Assembly (NCBI GenBank): GCA_964252035.1
Contig: CAXUOO010000297.1
Length of the DNA stretch: 64,000 bases
Reading direction: 5' to 3' (one strand)
From: Podarcis erhardii
Taxonomy: Eukaryota
Notes under the pieces: generated by a model
Seen by the model: the letters and a program-made list of their open reading frames with translations, nothing else
What the model was told of the DNA's origin: nothing
Database searches by the model: none
Shown: one piece after another, positions 23,101-37,859 of the stretch
Numbering within the stretch: position 1 is the first letter of the stretch
Layout: each line of letters starts with the position of its first letter
Translations under genes and position numbers: made by a program

Positions 23101-24743
23101 TGAGAGAAATGCTGTTCTCAGCCGCAGATTTCGAATACTGAAGAATGCAGCTTGGTTTTGCTTTTTGGTTTGTTCGGCTGAAGCAATTGGCTTATGGGAA
23201 GTGTCTGATGCCTGCTCAGTGCATCAAGGCTCGGCATGCAGTCTATTGGTTGGCAGTAGAAATTGCTTGGCTAGCACTTAGTGTGGTGTCAAGTAGTAAG
23301 ATTCTGCAATACTGCGTTATGGAGTCTGTTGGACGGTGTAGTTTTAGTGAGAGCGGGAAGAATGCGGTAGAAAACAACTAATATGCAAAGACGCGATCAG
23401 CGTGTTGTGGCGAGAAGAAAGGCAAATGAGGGAGAGTCTTCTTAAGAGGCAGACCAGGCGATATCATTGTGCTTTCAAATAGACAGGCGTAGGGAGTTCG
23501 AGCCTTCTATATGTAAAGATGTTTTGTCTAGCAGTATATATGCTGTGAACCATGAATCCGGTATGGTGAGTATATTTCAGGGGCTGCACGAAAACGTCTC
23601 TTCCCACGCTAATATGTGAACTATTGTAAAAGGACAATGCTTGTAAGCGAGGCTGTCAGAGACGTTACGTTTCAATTGTGGAAGGTTGGCAGAGCTGATG
23701 TTTTTCGTGTCACGACACCTTTGTATCACAACATTTAGCAAACGAACTGTAGCTACTAACCTCCTGTTTTGCATTCTAGAGTAGAAAGCTGGTTTTGAGC
23801 TGCAGAACATTTCACACAGAGCGACAAGTGGTTTTGCTCTTTAAATTTCTATAGAAGTGCTGAAGTCAGATCACTATTTGTATCTTCTGAAAGGTTGTAG
23901 GTGCACCTGTTGACTAATGCACTATTTGTATCTTCTGAAAGGTTGTAAGTGCACCTGTTGACTAATGCGGGAGAGAATAGATGTAGGACGCTGAGATGTG
24001 ACCAAAAATGCTAGGATGAATAAATGATTTACATGGTATATGGCGCACAAGGGAGAATGCTGTCTTTCCTCATTTTTGGTGAGGTCGAGTCGTTTGCAGA
24101 CTAGTGTAAAATTACAATTCTCATGAGAGCAACAAAGGAGAATCCGGAAAGGTTGTGGACTGATAATGAATGTTTACAAGGAAGAAACGCGTAACTTAGC
24201 TGGTAGCGTAAAACGAATGTTTCGCTGTCTGAAGAAAGTGACGCAGTTGTGGCTTAGGAACTCATTCTGGCTATACTTCTCTCATTTACACGAATTGAGC
24301 GGCTGAGGTTTTTTATGTATTTTCTTTTTCAACCGAACAAAGTAAATTCTACGCAGAACGTGGTGGCGGTAGGCGCTTATTTCCACTGAGAATGATTGTC
24401 GGATTCGAAGAAACGCCGGTGTTGCCGAAGATCTGTGCTCTGGTTCTAGGTTGATGGAGATTCTTCAACAGGGGAATTAGTTCAATATGAGCAAAGTGTA
24501 AAGAGGTGTCGAGGTGCCTTATTTCTTATGTCTTGTATAGTTGTTGTTAAGTGCGAATGTGTGATGAGCCTGCTACATATCACGAAGATACAATTACACT
24601 AGTGCGAGAGTTATATCGTGGTTCACGAAGAGTTGATTTGTAGTACCGATACATTTTTAGAGAGGATTGGGAAGACGGGGTTACCAGGGACATTAACATA
24701 CTTTATAATGTGTATCAAGTATTCTCGAACGGTCCAAAGAGCC
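20173..24743. repeat. Divergent-monomer island, copy 2
   Basis: It matches copy 1 at offset +8873 (ORF track 11304->20177, 13101->21974, 14704->23577). Confidence 0.92.
23872..23967. repeat. 48-bp tandem duplication inside D2, copy 2
   Basis: It is the same 2 x 48 bp unit at +8873. Confidence 0.97.
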
Positions 24744-27700
24744 TTGCATCGACAATCAAATGAATACAGTTTATTGTACATCATCGCAAGCCAATTGGCA
24801 TAATCTGCGTGACGGATGAGGGTTGCGCGTTTTGTGTATGCTCTGTTAATGATGAGGAGACGCTGCTTTGTTTTGCGATTCCGGAATGCGTTAAAGATGT
24901 CTCCAAAAAGATATACATGACTTTTCGGCGAGCGCGATTGTTGTTAGCTAGTATATTCGGATGCTGCGTAGGCTTATAAACGGCTCCGTGATAGACTCCG
25001 AGGGTGTCTATTTGATTACACAGATATTTATATCCAGTTTGGAACGTGGCAGTTTATAGTGCGTGATAGGAGAAATGAGATATGTACCAACAAGTAAGGC
25101 GTTGCAGATGCCTGGTCGTTTATATGTTGATGAGAACCTGTTTCTGAAGGCCACTCAAGTGTTAACATGATCAATCCGCTTGACCTGTCGAAAATGTGTC
25201 GTTGTCGAGAGAAGCTGTTCTCAGCCGCTGGTACGATTCCGAAAGATGTCGTTTGATGGTGCAGAAAATCAGTTCTAGATTTTTGGTTTGTTGGGTAAAG
25301 CACACGGCTTGTGGGCAGTTTGTGCCGCCTGCTTAGTGCATGGAGGTTCGGCATACAGACTATCTGTAGGTGGAGAATATACTGCTTGACTAGCACTTAG
25401 TGCGGTACTGTATAAGCACGTCTGCGAAACTATGTTACAGGATCTGGTGGTCGGTGTAGTATTGGCGAGAGCAAACCGAATTTGTTAAAAATGATGATAT
25501 GCAGAGATGCAAGCAAAAGGGCGCGGTGAGAAAAAAGACAACTGCAAGAGAGTCTTCGTCTATCACAAATGAGATGATATCATTGTGGTGATTGATTTTA
25601 TATAAGCAGGAATAAGAAGCTGAGAGCTTTTTTATGTGATAATAATTTGTGTAGCAGTTTCTGCACTGTGGGCGGTAGTTGCAGTATGGTGGGGATACTA
25701 CAGAAACTGCGCAAGGGCGTTTCTTTCCAACGGTATTCGTTCAGCTAGTCAACCAAACGTGTCAGCAGAATTAAACATTGGCATAGATGTTTCGGTCATA
25801 GAGTAGGTTAAACTGCTAGACGCCTTCATATGATACTGGTTCTTTCCTGGTTTTGCGTAGCTGGCATTTCTGTTTCGGTCTTAGACTGTGACAAACAATC
25901 ATGATAGACGAATCATTTGTAAAAAGCACAGCGTACGTTTTCCCTGTCTCGACAGCGTTTTGTAACACGACATTTGCTCAATGATTCATAGCTAGTGAGC
26001 TCTTGTGATGTAGCCTTGAGTAGAGAGTCTGACTTCGAGGAACCGCGGTTGTATGTACATCTCTCAGAACATATGAACAGACATATGGTTTTGTGTTTAC
26101 ATTTGGGTTAGGGAGATTGAAGTCAGATCACATCTGGATTGCTCTGACAGCTTGTAAGTGCGTTTGCTAGGAAATGCGCGAGAGAGCAGATATAGAAAGC
26201 TGGGACGTAACGGGTTATGGCAGGTTTAATAAATAATTCACACAATGAATGGCGAATATAAGAAATTGGGGCTGGTTTTCTTATCTGTTGAGATCGAGTC
26301 GTTCACAGACTGGTGCAAAATTACAATTCGTATGAAAGCGAAGAAAGAAAATGAATGATTTGAGCGATTGAAAATGAATGTTTATAAGGAAGAACCGTGT
26401 AGACTCTTGATAGCGTAAAATGAGTGTTCCGTTGTCTGAAGAAGGTGACGTCATTAAGGCTTGGAAACTAGCTCTGTGTGTGTGAACGTCGTTCGCTTAC
26501 ATGAGTGGAGCGGCTGAAGAATTTTCTGTGTGTATTCTTTCTCAAACAGACAACGTAGATTCTATACAGGACGTGCTGGCGGTAAGCGCGTTTTTTCAGT
26601 GAATAGATTCTGGGATTTGAAGAAAAGCTGATGTCGGCGAAGAGCTGTGCTGTGGTTCTATGCTATTGCAGTGTTTCTCGACAATAGAACCAGTTCAATA
26701 TGAGCAGTGAGTGATGGCGTCGATGCGTTTTGGATGTTTTATCTTTTACGACTGCTGATGAATGCGACAGTGCGATGAACATGCGACATACTAGGAAGGT
26801 ACAACTGCACTAGTGCTAGATTGGTATCGCGGAACATGACGCGATGATTTGTAGCATCGAGATATCGTTTGAGATGATTGAGAACTGGGGGTTACGGAGA
26901 ACATTTGCTTATTTCAAATGTGTGTCAAGTATTTTCGAGCGGTCCAAGGAGTCGTGCATCGACAATCAGATGAATACAATTTAGTGTACATCATCGCAAG
27001 TCAATTGGCATCGTCTTTGTGACGGATGAGGGTTGCGCGTTTTGTGTATGCTCTGCTGGTGACGAGGAGACGCTGCTTTGTTTTGCGATTCCGGAATGCG
27101 TTAAAGATGTCTCCAAAGATATATAGATGACGCTTCGGCGAGCGCGATTGTTTTTAGCTAGTATATTCGGATGCTGCATTGGCTCATAATCGGCTCCGAA
27201 ATAGACTCGGAGGGAGTCTATTTGATTACACAAATATTTTAATCTAGTTTGGAACGTGGCAGTATATAGTGCGTGATAGGAGAAATGAGATATGTTTCAA
27301 CAAGTAAGGCGTTGCAGATGCCTGGTCGTTTATATGTTGATGAGAACCTGTTTCTGAAGGCAACTCAAGTGTTAACATGATCAATTCCCTTGACCTGTCG
27401 AAAGTGTGTCGTTGTTGAGAGTCGCTGTTCTCAGCTGCTGGTACACTTCTCTAAGGTGTCGCTTGATGCTGCAGAAAATCAGTTCTAGATTTGTGGTTTG
27501 TTGGCTAAAGCACACGGCTTGTGGGAAGTTTGTGCCGCCTGCTTAGTGCATGGAGGTTCGGCATATAGACTATCTGTAGGTGGAGAATATACTGCTTGAC
27601 TAGCACTTAGTGCGGTACTGTGTATGCACGTCTGCGAAACTATGTTACAGGATCTGGTGGTCGGTGTAGTATTGGCGAGAGCAAACCGAATTTGTTAAAA

Positions 27701-30700
27701 ATGATGATATGCAGAGATGCGAGCAAAATGGCGCGGTGAGAAAAAAGGCAACTGCAAGAGAGTCTTCGTCTATCACAGATGAGATGATATCATAGTGCTG
27801 ACTGCTTTTATATAAGCAGGGATAAGACGTTGTGAGCTTCTCTATGTGATGGTAATTTGTGTAGTGGTTTCTACACTGTGGGCTGTAGTTGCAGTATGGT
27901 GGGTATACTTCAGGAACTGCGCAAGGGCGTTTCTTTCCAGCGCTATTCGTTCAACTAGTCAACCAAACTTGTCAGCAGAATTAAAAATAGGCAGAGATGT
28001 TTCGGTCATAGAGTAGGTTAAACTGCTAGACGCCTTCATATGATACCGGTTCTTTCATGGTTTCGCGTAGCTGGCATTTTTTTTTCGGTCTTAGACTGTG
28101 ACAAACAATCATGATAGAAGTTTCATTTGTAAAAAGCAGAGCGTACGGTTTCTTTGTCTCAACAGCGTTTTGTGTCAGGACATTGGTTTATTGATTCATA
28201 GCCAGTGAGCTCCTGTGGTGTAGCCTTGAGTAGAGAGTCTCACTTCGGGGAACCGCGGTTGTATGTGAATCTCTCAAAACATAGGAAGAGACTTGTGGTT
28301 TTGGGCTTAAATTTGGGTTAGAGAGATCGAAGTCAGATCACACTTGGATTGCTTTGACAGCCTGTAAGTGCGTTTGTCAAGAAATGAGCGACAGAGTAAA
28401 TACAGAAAGCTGAGATGTAACGGGTCATGGCAGGTTTAATAAATAATTCACACAATGAATGGCGAATATGAAAAACGGGGACTCTTTTTCATATTTGGTG
28501 AAATCGAGTTGTTCGCAGTCAGGGCAGAATTACAATTCGTATGAATGCGAAGGAAGAATATGAATGGTCTGAGCGATTGACAACGAATGTTTACAAGGAA
28601 GAATCGTGTAGACTCTTGATAGTGTGAAATGAGTGTTTCGTTGTCTGAAGAAGGTGATGTCGCTAAGGCATGGACACTAGCTCTGTGTGGACGTCTTTCA
28701 CCTACATGAGATGAGCGGCTGAAGATTTTTCTGTGTGTATACTTTCTGAAACAAACAACGTAGATGCTATACAGGACGTGCTGGCGGTAAGCGCGTTTTT
28801 CCAGTGAATAGATTCTGGGATTTGAAGAAAAGCTGATATCGGCAAAGAGCTGTGCTGTGGTTCTATGCTATTGCAGTGTTTCTCGACAATAGAATCAGTT
28901 CAATATGAGCAGTGAGTGATGGCGTCGATGCGTTCTGGATGTTTTATCTTTTACGACTGCTGATGAAAGCGACAGTGCGATGAACATGCGACATACTAAG
29001 AAGGTACAACTGCACTAGTGCTAGATTGGTATCGCGGAACATGAGGCGATGATTTGTAGCATCGATATATCTCTTGTCATGTTTGAGAACACGGAGGTAT
29101 GGGGAACATTTGCTTATTTCAAATGTGTGTCAGGTATTTTCGAGCGGTCCAAGGAGTCTTGCATCGACAATCAGATGAATACAATTCAGTGTACATCATC
29201 GCAAGTCAATTGGCATCGTCTTCGTGACGGATGAGGGTTGCGCGTTTTGTGTATGCTCTGCTGGTGACGAGGAGACGCTGCTTTGTTTTGCGATTCCGGA
29301 ATGCGTTAATGATGTCTCCAAAGATATATAGATGACGCTTCGGCGAGCGCGATTGTTTTTAGCTAGTATATTCGGATGCTGCATTGGCTCATAAGCGGCT
29401 CCGAAATAGACTCGGAGGGAGTCTATTTGATTACACAAATATTTTAATCTAGTTTGGAACGTGGCAGTATTTAGTGCGTGATAGGAGAAATGAGATATGC
29501 TTCAACAAGTAAGGCGTTGCAGATGCGTGATCGTTTATATGTTGATGAGAACCTGTTTCTGAAGGCCACTCAAGTGTTAACATGATCAATCCGCTTGACC
29601 TGTCGAAAATGTGTCGTTGTCGAGAGTCGCTGTTCTCAGCCGCTGGTACAATTCTGTAAGGTGTCGTTTGATGCTGCAGAAAATCAGTTCTAGATTTTTG
29701 GTTTGTTGGCTAAAGCACACGGCTTGTGGGCAGTTTGTGCCGCCTGCTTAGTGCATGGAGGTTCGGCATATTGACTATCTGTAGGGGGAGAATATACTGC
29801 TTGGCTAGCACTTAGTGCGGTACTGTGTATGCACGTCTGCGAAACTATGTTATAGGATCTGGTGGTCGGTGTAGTATTGGCGAGAGCAAACCGAATTTGT
29901 TAAAAATGATGATATGCAGAGATGCGAGCAAAATGGCGCGGTGAGAAAATAGACAACTGCAAGAGAGTCTTCGTCTATCACAGCTGAGATGATATCATAG
30001 TGCTGATTGAATTTATATAAGCAGGAATAAGAAGCTGAGAGCTTTTTTATGTGATGGTAATTTGTGTAGCAGTTTCTACACTGTGGGCGGTAGTTGGAGT
30101 ATGATGGGTATACTTCAGGAACTGCGCAAGGGCGTTTCTTTCCAACGGTATTCGTTATACTAGTCAACCAAACATGTCAGCAGAATTAAAGATTGGCATA
30201 GATGTCTCGGTCATAGAGTAGGTTAAACTGCTAGACGCCTTCATATGATAATGATTCTTTCCTGGTTTCGCGTAGCTGGCATTTCTGTTTCGGGCTTAGA
30301 CTGTGACAAACAATCATGATAGAAGTTTCATTTGTAAAAAGCAGAGCGTACGGTTTCTTTGTCTCAACAGCGTTTTGTGTCAGGACATTGGTTTATTGAT
30401 TCATAGCCAGTGAGCTCCTGTGGTGTAGCCTTGAGTAGAGAGTCTCACTTCGGGGAACCGCGGTTGTATGTGAATCTCTCAAAACATAGGAAGAGACTTG
30501 TGGTTTTGGGCTTAAATTTGGGTTAGAGAGATCGAAGTCAGATCACACTTGGATTGCTTTGACAGCCTGTAAGTGCGTTTGTCAAGAAATGAGCGACAGA
30601 GTAAATACAGAAAGCTGAGATGTAACGGGTCATGGCAGGTTTAATAAATAATTCACACAATGAATGGCGAATATGGAAAACGGGGACTCTTTTTCATATT

Positions 30701-33700
30701 TGGTGAAATCGAGTTGTTCGCAGTCAGGGCAGAATTACAATTTGTATGAATGCGAAGAAAGAATATGAATGGTTTGAGCGATTGACAACGAATGTTTACA
30801 AGGAAGAATCGTGTAGACTCTTGATAGTGTGAAATGAGTGTTTCGTTGTCTGAAGAAGGTGATGTCGCTAAGGCATGAACACTAGCTCTGTGTGGACGTC
30901 TTTCACCTACATGAGATGAGAGGCTGAAGATTTTTCTGTGTGTATACTTTCTGAAACAAACAACGTAGATGCTATACAGGACGTGCTGGCGGTAAGCGCG
31001 TTTTTCCAGTGAATAGATTCTGGGATTTGAAGAAAAGCTGATATCGGCAAAGAGCTGTGCTGTGGTTCTATGCTATTGCAGTGTTTCTCGACAATAGAAC
31101 CAGTTCAATATGAGCAGTGAGTGATGGCGTCGATGCGTTCTGGATGTTTTATCTTTTACGACTGCTGATGAATGCGACAGTGCGATGAACATGCGACATA
31201 CTAAGAAGGTACAACTGGACTAGTGCTAGATTGGTATCGCGGAACATGACGCGATGATTTGTAGCATCGATATATCTCTTGTCATGTTTGAGAACACGGA
31301 GGTATGGGGAACATTTGCTTATTTCAAATGTGTGTCAGGTATTTTCGAGCGGTCCAAGGAGTCTTGCATCGACAATCAGATGAATACAATTTATTGTACA
31401 TCATCGCAAGTCAATTGGCATCGTCTTCGTGACGGATGAGGGTTGCGCGTTTTGTGTATGCTCTGCTGGTGACGAGGAGACGCTGCTTTGTTTTGCGATT
31501 CCGGAATGCGTTAAAGATGTCTCCAAAGATATATAGATGACGCTTCGGCGAGCGCGATTGTTTTTAGCTAGTATATTCGGATGCTGCATTGGCTCATAAG
31601 CGGCTCCGAAATAGACTCGGAGGGAGTCTATTTGATTACACAAATATTTTAATCTAGTTTGGAACGTGGCAGTATATAGTGCGTGATAGGAGAAATGAGA
31701 TATGTTTCAACAAGTAAGGCGTTTTAGATGCCTGGTCGTTTATATGTTGATGAGAACCTGTTTCTGAAGGCCACTCAAGTGTTAACATGATCAATCCGCT
31801 TGACCTGTCGAAAATGTGTCGTTGTCGAGAGAAGCTGTTCTCAGCTGCTGGTACAATTCTGTAAGGTGTCGCTTGATGCTGCAGAAAATCAGTTCTAGAT
31901 TTTTGGTTTGTTGGCTAAAGCACACGGCTTGTGAACAGTGTGTGCCGCCTGCTTAGTGCATGGAGGTTCGGCATACAGACTATCTGTAGGTGGAGAATAT
32001 ACTGCTTGACTAGCACTTAGTGCGGTACTGTATAAGCACGTCTGCGAAACTATGTTACAGGATCTGGTGATCGGTGTAGTATTGGCGAGAGCAAACCGAA
32101 TTTGTTAAAAATGATGATATGCAGAGATGCAAGCAAAAGGGCGCGGTGAGAAAAAAGACAACTGCAAGAGAGTCTTCGTCTATCACAGATGAGATGATAT
32201 CATAGTGCTGATTGATTTTATATAAGCAGAGATAAGAAGTTGTGAGCTTTTGTATGTGATAATAATTTGTGTAGCAGTTTCTGCACTGTGGGCGGTAGTT
32301 GCAGTATGGTGGGGATACTACAGAAACTGCGCAAGGGCGTTTCTTTCCAACGGTATTCGTTCAGCTAGTCAACCAAACGTGTCAGCAGAATTAAACATTG
32401 GCATAGATGTTTCGGTCATAGAGTAGGTTAAACTGCTAGACGCCTTCATATGATACTGGTTCTTTCCTGGTTTTGCGTAGCTGGCATTTCTGTTTCGGTC
32501 TTAGACTGTGACAAACAATCATGATAGACGAATCATTTGTAAAAAGCACAGCGTACGTTTTCCCTGTCTCGACAGCGTTTTGTAACACGACATTTGCTCA
32601 ATGATTCATAGCTAGTGAGCTCTTGTGATGTAGCCTTGAGTAGAGAGTCTGACTTCGAGGAACCGCGGTTGTATGTACATCTCTCAGAACATATGAACAG
32701 ACATATGGTTTTGTGTTTACATTTGGGTTAGGGAGATTGAAGTCAGATCACATCTGGATTGCTCTGACAGCCTGTAAGTGCGTTTGCTAGGAAATGCGCG
32801 AGAGAGTAGATATAGCAAGCTGGGACGTAACGGGTTATGGCAGGTTTAATAAATGATTCACACAATGAATGGCGAATATGGAAAACGGGGACTGTTTTTC
32901 ATATCTGGTGAGATCGAGTCGTTTACAGACTGGTGCAAAATTACCATTCATATGAATGCGAAGAAAGAATATGAATGGCTTGAGCGATTGACAATGAATG
33001 TTTACAAGAGTGAACCGTGTAGACTCTTGATAGCGTAAAATGAATGTTTCGTTGTCTGAAGAAGGTGACGTCGCTAAGGCGTGGATACTAGCTCTGTGTG
33101 GACGTCTTTCGCCTACATGAGTTGAGCGGCTGAAGCGTTTTCTGTGTGTATACTTTCTGAAACAAGCAACGTAGATGCTATACAGGACGTGCTGGCGGTA
33201 AGCGCGTTTTTCCAGTGAGTAGATTCTGGGATTTGAAGAAACGCTGATGTCGGCGAAGAGCTGTGCTGTGGTTCTATGTTTTGCAGTGTTTTTCTGCAAT
33301 CGATTCAGTTCAATATGAGTAGTGAGTGAAGGCGTCGATGCAATCTGGATCTTTTATTTTTTATGGTTGCTGATGAATGCGACTGTGCGATGAACATGCG
33401 ACATACTAAGAAGGTACAACTGCACTAGTGGTAGATTGGTATCGCGGAACATGAGGCGATGGTTTGTAGCATCGATATATCGTTTGAGATGATTGAGAAC
33501 CGGGGGTTACGGGGAGCATTTGCATATTTTTAATGTGTGTCAGGTATTTTCGAGCGGTCCAAGGAGTCTTGCATCGACAATCAAATGAATACAATTTATT
33601 GTACATCGTCGCAAGTCAATTGGCATCGTCTGCGTGACGGATGAGGGTTGCGTGTTTTGTGTATGCTCTGTTGGTGATGAGGAGACGCTGCTTTGTTTTG

Positions 33701-36700
33701 CGATTCCGGAATGCGTTAAAGATGTCTCCAAAGATATATACATGACGCTTCGGTGAGCGCGATTGTTTTCAGCTAGTATAATCGGATGCTGCATTGGCTC
33801 ATAAGCAGCTCCGAGATAGACTCGGAGGGTGCCTATTTTATTACACAGATATTTATATCCAGTTTGGAATGTGGCAGTATATAGTGCGTAACAAGGGAGA
33901 AGAAATGTGTACGAACAAGTAGAGCGTAGCGGATGCCTGGTCGTTTATATGTTGATGAGAACCTGTTTCTGAAGGCCACTCAAGTGTTGAAATGATCATT
34001 ATGCTTGACTTGTCAAAAATGTGTCGTTGTCGAGAGTCGCTGTTCTCAGCCGCTGGTACAAGTCTGAAAGGTGTCGCTTGATGCTGCAAAAAATCAGCTC
34101 TAGATTTTTGGATTGTTGGCTAAAACACACGGCTTGTGGGCAGTTTGTGCCGCCTGCTTAGTGCTTGGAAGTTCGGCATATAGACTATCTAAACTTGGAG
34201 AACATATCGCATGGCTAGCACATAGTGCAATAGTGTATAAACAAGACTGCAAACGTGTGTTATAGGATCTGGTGGTCAGTGTAGTATTGGCGAGAGCAAA
34301 CCGATTTTGTTGAAACTGATGATGTGCAAAAATGCGAGCAGAATGGCGCGGTGAGAAAAAAGGCAACTGCAAGAGAGTCTTCGTCTATCACAGATGAGAT
34401 GATATCATAGTGCTGACTGCTTTTATATAAGCAGGGATAAGAATTTGTGAGCTTTTTTATGTGATGGTAATTTGTGTAGCAGTTTCTACACTGTGGGCGG
34501 TAGTTGCAGTATGGTGGGTATAGGAACTGCGCAAGGGCGTTTCTTTCCAACGCTCTTCGTTCAACTAGTCAACCAAACGTGTCAGCAGAATTAAACATTG
34601 GCATAGATCTTTCGGTCATAGAAAAAGTTAAACTGCTAGACGCCTTCATATGATACTGGTTCTTTCCTGGTTTTGCGTAGCTGGCATTTCTGTTTCGGTC
34701 TTAGACTGTGACAAACAATTATGAGAGAAGATTCATTTGTAAAAAGCAGAGCGTACGTTCTCCCTGTTTCGACAGCGTTTTGTAACACGACATTTGTTCA
34801 ATGATTCATAGCCAGTGAGCTCCTTTGGTGTAGACTTGAGTAGAGAGTCTGACTTCGAGGAACCGCGGCTGTGTGTAAATCTCTCAGAACGTATGAACAG
34901 ACATGTGGTTTTGTGTTTACATTTGGGATAGAGAGATCGATGTAAGATCACACTTGGATTGCTTTGACAGCCTGTAAGTGCGTTTGTTAAGAAATGAGCG
35001 ACAGAGTAAATATAGAAAGCTGAGATGTAACGGTTCATGGCAGGTTTAATAAATGATTCACACAATGAATGGCGAATATGAAAAACGGGGACTGTTTTTC
35101 ATATCTGGTCAAATCGAGTTGTTCGCAGTCAGGGCAAAATTACAATTCGTATGAATGCGAAGAAAGAATATGAATGGTTTGAGCGATTGACAAATAATGT
35201 TTACAAGGGAGAACCGTGTAGACTCTTGATAGCGTAAAATGAGTGTTTCGTTGTCTGAAGAAGGTGACGTCGCTAAGGCATGGATACTAGCTCTGTGTGG
35301 ATGTCTTTCGCGTACATGAGTTGAGCGGCTGAAGCATTTTCTGTGTGTATACTTTCTCAAACAAACAACGTAGATTCTATACAGGACGTGCTGGCGGTAA
35401 GCGAGTTTTTCCAGTGAATAGATTCTGGGATTTGAAAAAACGCGGATGTCGGCGAAGAGCTGTGCTGTGGTTCTATGTTTTGCAGTGTTTTTCTGCAGTC
35501 GATTCAGTTCAATATGAGTAGTGAGTGATGGCGGCGATGCGTTCTGGATCTTTTATCTTTTATGATTGCTGATGAGTGCGACTGTGCGATGAACATGCGA
35601 CATACTAAGAAGGTACAACTGCACTAGTGCTAGATTGGTATCGCGGAACATGAGGCGATGATTTGTAGCATCGATATATCGTTTGTCATGTTTGAGAACA
35701 CGGAGGTATGGGGAACATTTGCTTATTTCAAATGTGTGTCAGGTATTTTCGAGCGGTCCAAGGAGTCTTGCATCGACAATCAGATGAATACAATTTAGTG
35801 TACATCATCGCATGTCAATTGGCATCGTCTTTGTGACGGATGAGGGCTGCGCGTTTTGTGTATGCTCTGTTGGTGATGAAGAGACGCTGCTTTGTTTTGC
35901 GATTCCGGAATGCGTTACAGAAGTCTTCAAAGGTATATAGATGACGCTTCGGCGAGCGCGATTGTTTTTAGCTAGTATATTCGGATGCTGCATTGGCTCA
36001 TAAGCGGCTCCGAAATAGACTCGGAGGGAGTCTATTTGATTACACAAATATTTTAGTCTAGTTTGGAAGGTGGCAGTATATACTGCGTAATAGGAGAAAT
36101 GAGATATGTTTCAACAAGTAAGGCGTTGCAGATGCCTGGTCGTTTATATGTTGATGAGAACCTGTTTCTGACGGCCACTCAAGTGTTAACATGATCAATC
36201 CGCTTGACCTGTCGAAAATGTGTCGTTGTCGAGAGAAGCTGTTCTCAGCCGCTGGTTTGATTCCGAAAGGTGTCGTTTGATGGTGCAGAAAATCAGTTCT
36301 AGATTTTTGGTTTGTTGGCTAAAGCACACGGCTTGTGGGCAGTTTGTGCCGCCTGCTTAGTGCATGGAGGTTCGGCATATAGACTATCTAAACGGAGAGA
36401 ATATATCACTTTGCTAGCACATAGTGCAATAGTGTATAAAAAAGTCTGCAAAAGTGTGGTATAGGATCTGGTGGTCGGTGTAGTCTTGCCGACAGCAAAC
36501 GGGATTTATTAAAAATGATGATATGCAGAGATGCGAGCAGAATGGCGCGGTGAGAAGAAAGGCAACTGCAAGAGAGTTTTCGTCTATCACAGATGAGATG
36601 ATAGCTTAGTGCTGACTGCTTTTATATAAGCAGGGATAAGAAGTTGTGAGCTTTTGTATGTGATGGTAATTTGTGTAGCAGTTTCTACACTGTGGGCGGT

Positions 36701-37859
36701 AGTTGCAGTATGGTGGGTACACTTCAGGAACTGCGCAAGGGCGTTTCTTTCCAACGCTATTCGTCCAACTAGTCAGCCAAACGTGTCAGCAGAATTAAGA
36801 ATTGGCATAGATGTTTCGGTCATAGAAAAAGTTAAACTGTTAGACGCCTTCATATGATACTGGTTTTTCTCTTGTTTCGCGTAGCTGGCATTTCTGTTTC
36901 GGGCTTAGACTGTGACAAACAATCATGATAGAAGTTTCATTTGTAAAAAGCAGAGCGTACGGTTTGCCTGTCTCGACAGCGTTTTGTATCAGGACATTGG
37001 TATAATGATTCATAGCCAGTGAGCTCCTGTGGTGTAGCCTTGAGTAGAGAGTCTCACTTCGGGGAACCGCGGTTGTATGTGAATCTCTCAGAACATATGA
37101 AGAGACATGTGGTTTTGTGCCTAAGTTTGGGTTAGCGAGATCGAGGTCAGATCACACTTAAATTGCTTTGACAGCCTGTAAGTGCGTTTGTCAAGAAATA
37201 AGCGACAGAGTAAATATAGAAAGCTGAGCTGTAACGGGTCATGGCAGGTTTAATAGATGATTCACACAATGAATGGCGAATATGAAAAACGGGGACTGTT
37301 TTTCATATTTGGTGAAATCGAGTTGTTCGCAGTCAGGGCAAAACTACCATTCATATGACTGCGAAGAAAGAATATGAATGGTTTGAGCGATTGACAATGA
37401 ATGTTTACAAGGAAGAACCGTGTAGACTCTTGATAAAGTAAAATGAGTGTTTCCTTGTCTGGAGAAGGTGACGTCGCTAAGGCATGGATACTAGCTCTGT
37501 GTGGACGTCTTTCACCTACATGAGTTGAGCGGCTGAAGCATTTTCTGTGTGTATACTTTCTCAAACAAACAACGTAGATTCTATACAGGACGTGGTGGCC
37601 GTATGCGCGAATTTTTCAGTGAATACATTCTGGGATTTGAAGAAACGCTGATGTCGGCGAAGAGCTGTGCTGTGGTTCCATGCTATTGCAGTGATTTTCG
37701 ACAATAGAGCCAGTTCAATATGAGCAGTGAGTAAAGGCGTCGATGCGTTCTGGATGTTTTATCTTTTATGACTGTTGATGAATGCGACTGTGCAACGAAC
37801 ATGCTACATACTAAGAAGGTGCAACTGCACTAGTGCTAGATTGGTATCGCGGAACATGG

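Larger units (their letters stand above)
19876..28748. repeat. Four-monomer higher-order repeat unit (8,873 bp), copy 2
   Basis: This is a direct tandem copy of 11003-19875. The differences seen are 12607C/21480T, 13346C/22219T, 17104T/25977C and 17314T/26187C. Confidence 0.95.
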
